Shown one piece after another: positions 60,436 through 64,000 of a stretch of DNA of 64,000 nucleotides (positions are counted from its first letter, which is position 1; each line of letters starts with the position of its first letter). A program made the position numbers and the translations under genes. Source of the stretch: an uncultured Thiomicrospira sp. (GTDB lineage: Bacteria; Pseudomonadota; Gammaproteobacteria; CAKMZV01); NCBI GenBank assembly GCA_965195345.1, contig OZ239628.1:1184001-1248000 (forward strand), given 5' to 3'. The notes under the pieces are model-generated. The model was not told the origin of the DNA, ran no database searches, and was given only the letters and a program-made list of their open reading frames with translations.

Positions 60436-61875
60436 CTAGCCTTCTCTCCAGCCACTAACCGCTTTTATTTCTAAATAATCTTCGAGTCCCCAAACGCCTC
60501 CTTCACGACCATTTCCAGATTTTTTGTATCCACCAAATGGCGCACCAGCTCCTCGGGATTCTCCATTTATTTCAACCATACCAGAGCGCAATCTCTTTGC
60601 CACCGCTACCGCCTTATCCATATCTAAAGTTTCTATGTAGTTCGTTAAACCAAATTCCGTATCATTAGCAATTTCAATTGCTTCTTCAACAGTGTTAAAG
60701 GGGATGATAGACAATACTGGACCAAATATTTCTTCTCTAGCAATAGTCATTGAATTGTTAACATCGGCAAACAGGGTGGGCTTAACAAAATAGCCTTTTG
60801 TATGTCCATCTGCCTTCCCCAACCCTCCAGCAAGAAGACGAGCCCCTTCATCTATGCCAATTTGAATGTGTTTTTGAATTTTATCATATTGCTCTTTTGA
60901 CACAACAGGTCCAATATGACGGCCTGATTTTGATGCAATATCAACAGAACTAATTTGAGCAGCAGCAAGTGCTTCTTCTATGGACTGCTCGTATATTGAG
61001 CGCTCAACGAGCATGCGACTGGGGGCGTTGCAAGACTGTCCCGAGTTATTGAAACAATGAAAAACGCCTCTTTTTACTGCTTTTTCGTCCGCATCTGCAA
61101 ATATTATATTTGCCCCTTTTCCACCCAACTCAAGGGAAACTTTTTTAATCGTGTTGGCGGCATTTTTACTAATCAGAGAACCAGCTCTTGCCGATCCAGT
61201 GAAGGAAATCATATCAACGTCTTCATGCCCTGATAAAATTGATCCGACTCCTAAACCATCACCATTTATCATATTGTAAACCCCTGAAGGAAAACCCGCT
61301 TCATCAAGCATTTCACTAAACAACATTGAAGATAGTGGTGCAATTTCAGAAGGCTTTAAAATCATAGTACAGCCTGCGGCTAGTGCAGGAATCACTTTTA
61401 ATGTAACTTGATTCATGGGCCAATTCCAAGGTGTAATCAACCCACATACTCCTATTGGTTCGTACAGAATGCGATCGTTAGGGGCGTGTTCTCCTAGCGC
61501 TCTGACAAAATCAAAATTCTTAAAAGCTTCTATTGTGGATTTTATGTGCCCTATCCCCGCTCCAACTTGAGAGCTATTGGACAAGTCTTTAGGAGCCCCC
61601 ATTTCCAGTGAAATTGCCTCGCCCATCTCACTTGCTCTTCTTTTGTAGATAGAATATAAATTCTCGAGTAATTCCAATCGTTCTTTTTTGCTGGTTAAAC
61701 TCCAACTTTTAAAAGCATCTTTTGCTGCCAAAACAGCTGTATTCACATCTACAACGCCACCCAGTGATATAACGGCGCAAACCGATTCATTGGAAGGGTT
61801 AATCACGTTAAAATCATGTTTCTGAAAAGGATTCACCCATTTTCCATTAATATAAAACTGTCGTTTATCAAGCAT
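60436..61875 (-). CDS. Aldehyde dehydrogenase
   Basis: PWNWP, FTGS, LELGGK, GQSC, EEIFGP; GAGG RBS before ATG 61875. Confidence 0.93.
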   Translation of the reverse strand: MLDKRQFYINGKWVNPFQKHDFNVINPSNESVCAVISLGGVVDVNTAVLAAKDAFKSWSLTSKKERLELLENLYSIYKRRASEMGEAISLEMGAPKDLSNSSQVGAGIGHIKSTIEAFKNFDFVRALGEHAPNDRILYEPIGVCGLITPWNWPMNQVTLKVIPALAAGCTMILKPSEIAPLSSMLFSEMLDEAGFPSGVYNMINGDGLGVGSILSGHEDVDMISFTGSARAGSLISKNAANTIKKVSLELGGKGANIIFADADEKAVKRGVFHCFNNSGQSCNAPSRMLVERSIYEQSIEEALAAAQISSVDIASKSGRHIGPVVSKEQYDKIQKHIQIGIDEGARLLAGGLGKADGHTKGYFVKPTLFADVNNSMTIAREEIFGPVLSIIPFNTVEEAIEIANDTEFGLTNYIETLDMDKAVAVAKRLRSGMVEINGESRGAGAPFGGYKKSGNGREGGVWGLEDYLEIKAVSGWREG

Positions 61876-62178
61876 ATTTCCTCTCAAATAATATAGAGTT
61901 GCATCTTTAAAATTGCAAAAAAATGATAATGCGTTTCTCAACTACTATTAAATTAAACGCATGCATATTGCATGAATATTATCCAATATTTCTTGCAAAA
62001 TACTCAACTAGTTTATGCCGTCATTTAGCACATTAAAATGCTTCAAACATACATGGCAAAGGGATTGCTGATAAAATACGTACATATAAGATAAGCTTCT
62101 GCCATGCTTTTTTGAATGGATGTTTATATATTTGCATGACAACATAGAAATAAATTAGTACTAAACAAGGAATCAGAA

Positions 62179-62820
62179 ATGAAAAAAACTTTAAAGTGGA
62201 TATTGATCATTGCATTTGTTGTCGGTGGAAGTGCTCTTTTTTTAAAAGAACCCTTAATGGAAATGGTGGGCGATATGATGACCAATGATATGTTCCGCAA
62301 TGGAGATGATGATAGCTTTACTGCTTCTCTTGATATAGGAGATGCTATGCCAGCCATTAAAGCTTCATACAAAGGAGATGTCGTTGAAGATATGAATCAA
62401 TTCTCAGGCGAAAACGGTTATGTAGTCATTATAAATCGTTCAGTAGATTGGTGCCCATTTTGTAAGAAACAGGCAGTCAACGTAAATGAACATGTGAGTG
62501 AGTTTGAAAAAAATGGTCTGAAAGTCGTTATGATCACCTACGACGATCCTAAACTACAACAACAATTTGCTGATGAATTTTCTATTCAATATCCCATTAT
62601 TTCTGATATTGATGCTGAATCGATGAAAGCATTAGAGGTTTTACACTCAGATTATCCCAAAGGCAACGACAATTATGGACTTCCGTATCCTGGCACATTA
62701 GTCGTTTCAAAGGAAGGTGAGGTCGTAGGGAAACTTTTTTTAAAGAGATACGAAAATCGAGTAGATGCTAATAACATTCTCATTTATAGCCTTGATCGCT
62801 TAGGCTTGTTGGATCAATAA
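62179..62820 (+). CDS. Membrane-anchored peroxiredoxin-like (AhpC/TSA, thioredoxin fold) protein
   Basis: N-terminal TM, RSVDWCPFC, YPIISD, PYPGT. Confidence 0.75.
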   Translation: MKKTLKWILIIAFVVGGSALFLKEPLMEMVGDMMTNDMFRNGDDDSFTASLDIGDAMPAIKASYKGDVVEDMNQFSGENGYVVIINRSVDWCPFCKKQAVNVNEHVSEFEKNGLKVVMITYDDPKLQQQFADEFSIQYPIISDIDAESMKALEVLHSDYPKGNDNYGLPYPGTLVVSKEGEVVGKLFLKRYENRVDANNILIYSLDRLGLLDQ

Positions 62821-62862
62821 AAGCTCTCAATTTCTTTAATTAGAAGCATTTCCTAAGGCACT

Positions 62863-63693
62863 TTGGAATCCTTTCTTACGTCCCCATCAGAACTTAAAGT
62901 CTGGTTGGATGCTATTTGGAGCCTTTATACCCTTAAAGCACTTGCCGTTGGTTTTGTAATTGCCTTTTTAATCAATTTAACAGGCGTGGGTGGAGGTGTG
63001 TTAATTATCCCCTCTCTTGTCTTGCTTTTTGATCTGCCCCCCTCGGTTGCTATTGGCACCGCCAGTATTTATTCCACTATTACCAAAGTGATGTCATGTG
63101 CTGATCATATTAGTCGGAAGAATGTTAATTTTTCACTTTCAAAAAAAATACTAACAATCGCCCTACCAGCCACTTTGGTTAGTAGCTTGCTGGTAAATCT
63201 TTTGCTTGCATATACTCCTCAGCATAACATGTTGATTCAAGACGTTTTATCGTTTTTTGTTTTGGGAATTATGGTACTTGCGTGTTATTTGATTTATAGT
63301 CAAAATAGGATGTTACAACATCAAGTAGAGCATAAAGAGCCTTCTGGATTTATTAGAGTTATTATTTGCGCAATGGTCGGGCTCATTATGGGAGCTACTG
63401 GCATAGGCGGTGGTATTTTATTGATTCCTACGCTATTGTTTATTTCTAATGATAACATTAAGCAGGTTGTTGGGACATCCATCTTTATTGCTCTCGTCTT
63501 ATCTGCCGCAACTGCCCTCATCTACTCTAGTGGTGACCAAAGTCATCTCGGCCTATTGGCAATACTGTTGGTGGGGTCTTTTATCGCTATTCCTTTGTCG
63601 GGTAAATTGAATCACAGCATCAGTCCACAATCCATTAGTTATTTGACAATAACTCTTATTGTAATATCTGGAGTAATGATTGTTTTTTCATAA
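62863..63693 (+). CDS. Sulfite exporter TauE/SafE family permease
   Basis: Duplicated TG(V/I)GGG..IP motifs, AIGT/VVGT, many TM helices. Confidence 0.88.
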   Translation: MESFLTSPSELKVWLDAIWSLYTLKALAVGFVIAFLINLTGVGGGVLIIPSLVLLFDLPPSVAIGTASIYSTITKVMSCADHISRKNVNFSLSKKILTIALPATLVSSLLVNLLLAYTPQHNMLIQDVLSFFVLGIMVLACYLIYSQNRMLQHQVEHKEPSGFIRVIICAMVGLIMGATGIGGGILLIPTLLFISNDNIKQVVGTSIFIALVLSAATALIYSSGDQSHLGLLAILLVGSFIAIPLSGKLNHSISPQSISYLTITLIVISGVMIVFS

Positions 63694-63904
63694 TTTTGTA
63701 GCAGCTCATTGAGGGTAAATCAAACAGTAATAACTCTCACATTAGACGAAAATAAGGTTTTCATTATGACTTTGATGTTTCCATAAAAAATCCATTCAAA
63801 TATTTCTTAATCATTTACTATAATGTCGTTCTTGTCCTGCTCTGATTTTTAGACTATAACGGTTATTAACGACTATAAACTGATACCCACAGAGGCATCT
63901 AAAT

Positions 63905-64000
63905 ATGAAAAAAACCACACTATTTCCTCTTCACGAAAATGCAAATGCAAAAATGGGACCTTTCGCTGGTTTTGAAATGCCGTTGTTTTATCCGTTGGGT
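63905..64000 (+). CDS. gcvT: Glycine cleavage T protein, N-terminal part (3'-truncated by window)
   Basis: Manual translation MKKTTLFPLHENANAKMGPFAGFEMPLFYPLG; GAGG RBS. Confidence 0.8.
   Translation, partial: MKKTTLFPLHENANAKMGPFAGFEMPLFYPLG

Noticed and set aside
63700-63904. Glycine riboswitch before gcvT; GACTATAA direct repeat at 63852 and 63871
   Set aside because: No glycine aptamer consensus; an 8-bp repeat is too weak in AT-rich DNA

Overview
Low-GC, compact gammaproteobacterial chromosome. 1-34.4 kb is mostly core genes: prfA end, apbE, rpmB-rpmG-mutM, glmM, citrate synthase, erpA, putA, rpsA-ihfB, lysC, uvrD, waaC, and thiL-gloA-trpBA-accD-folC-dedD-purF. A tRNA-Ser(UGA) at 34304-34391 is followed by a ~24 kb accessory region in three parts. 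(i) An integrase-less defence operon: HTH pseudogene, SNF2 helicase with degenerate PLD domain, DUF4391, RhuM, Type III Mod and Res. (ii) A tandem triplication of a large repeat lipoprotein (94-aa Ig/cadherin-like repeats plus a 7-blade 70-aa FG-GAP propeller with variable loops): two intact genes and one mosaic pseudogene. (iii) Co-oriented genes (nhaA, hypothetical, TM/beta-rich protein + GT51 transglycosylase, GNAT, SagB nitroreductase, dead lipoprotein stub) separated by what look like decayed attC sites, i.e. a probable fossilised integron cassette array with no integrase in view. The window ends with metY, an aldehyde dehydrogenase, a peroxiredoxin-like gene, a TauE permease and the start of gcvT. 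All calls come from motif recognition by eye; no searches were run.
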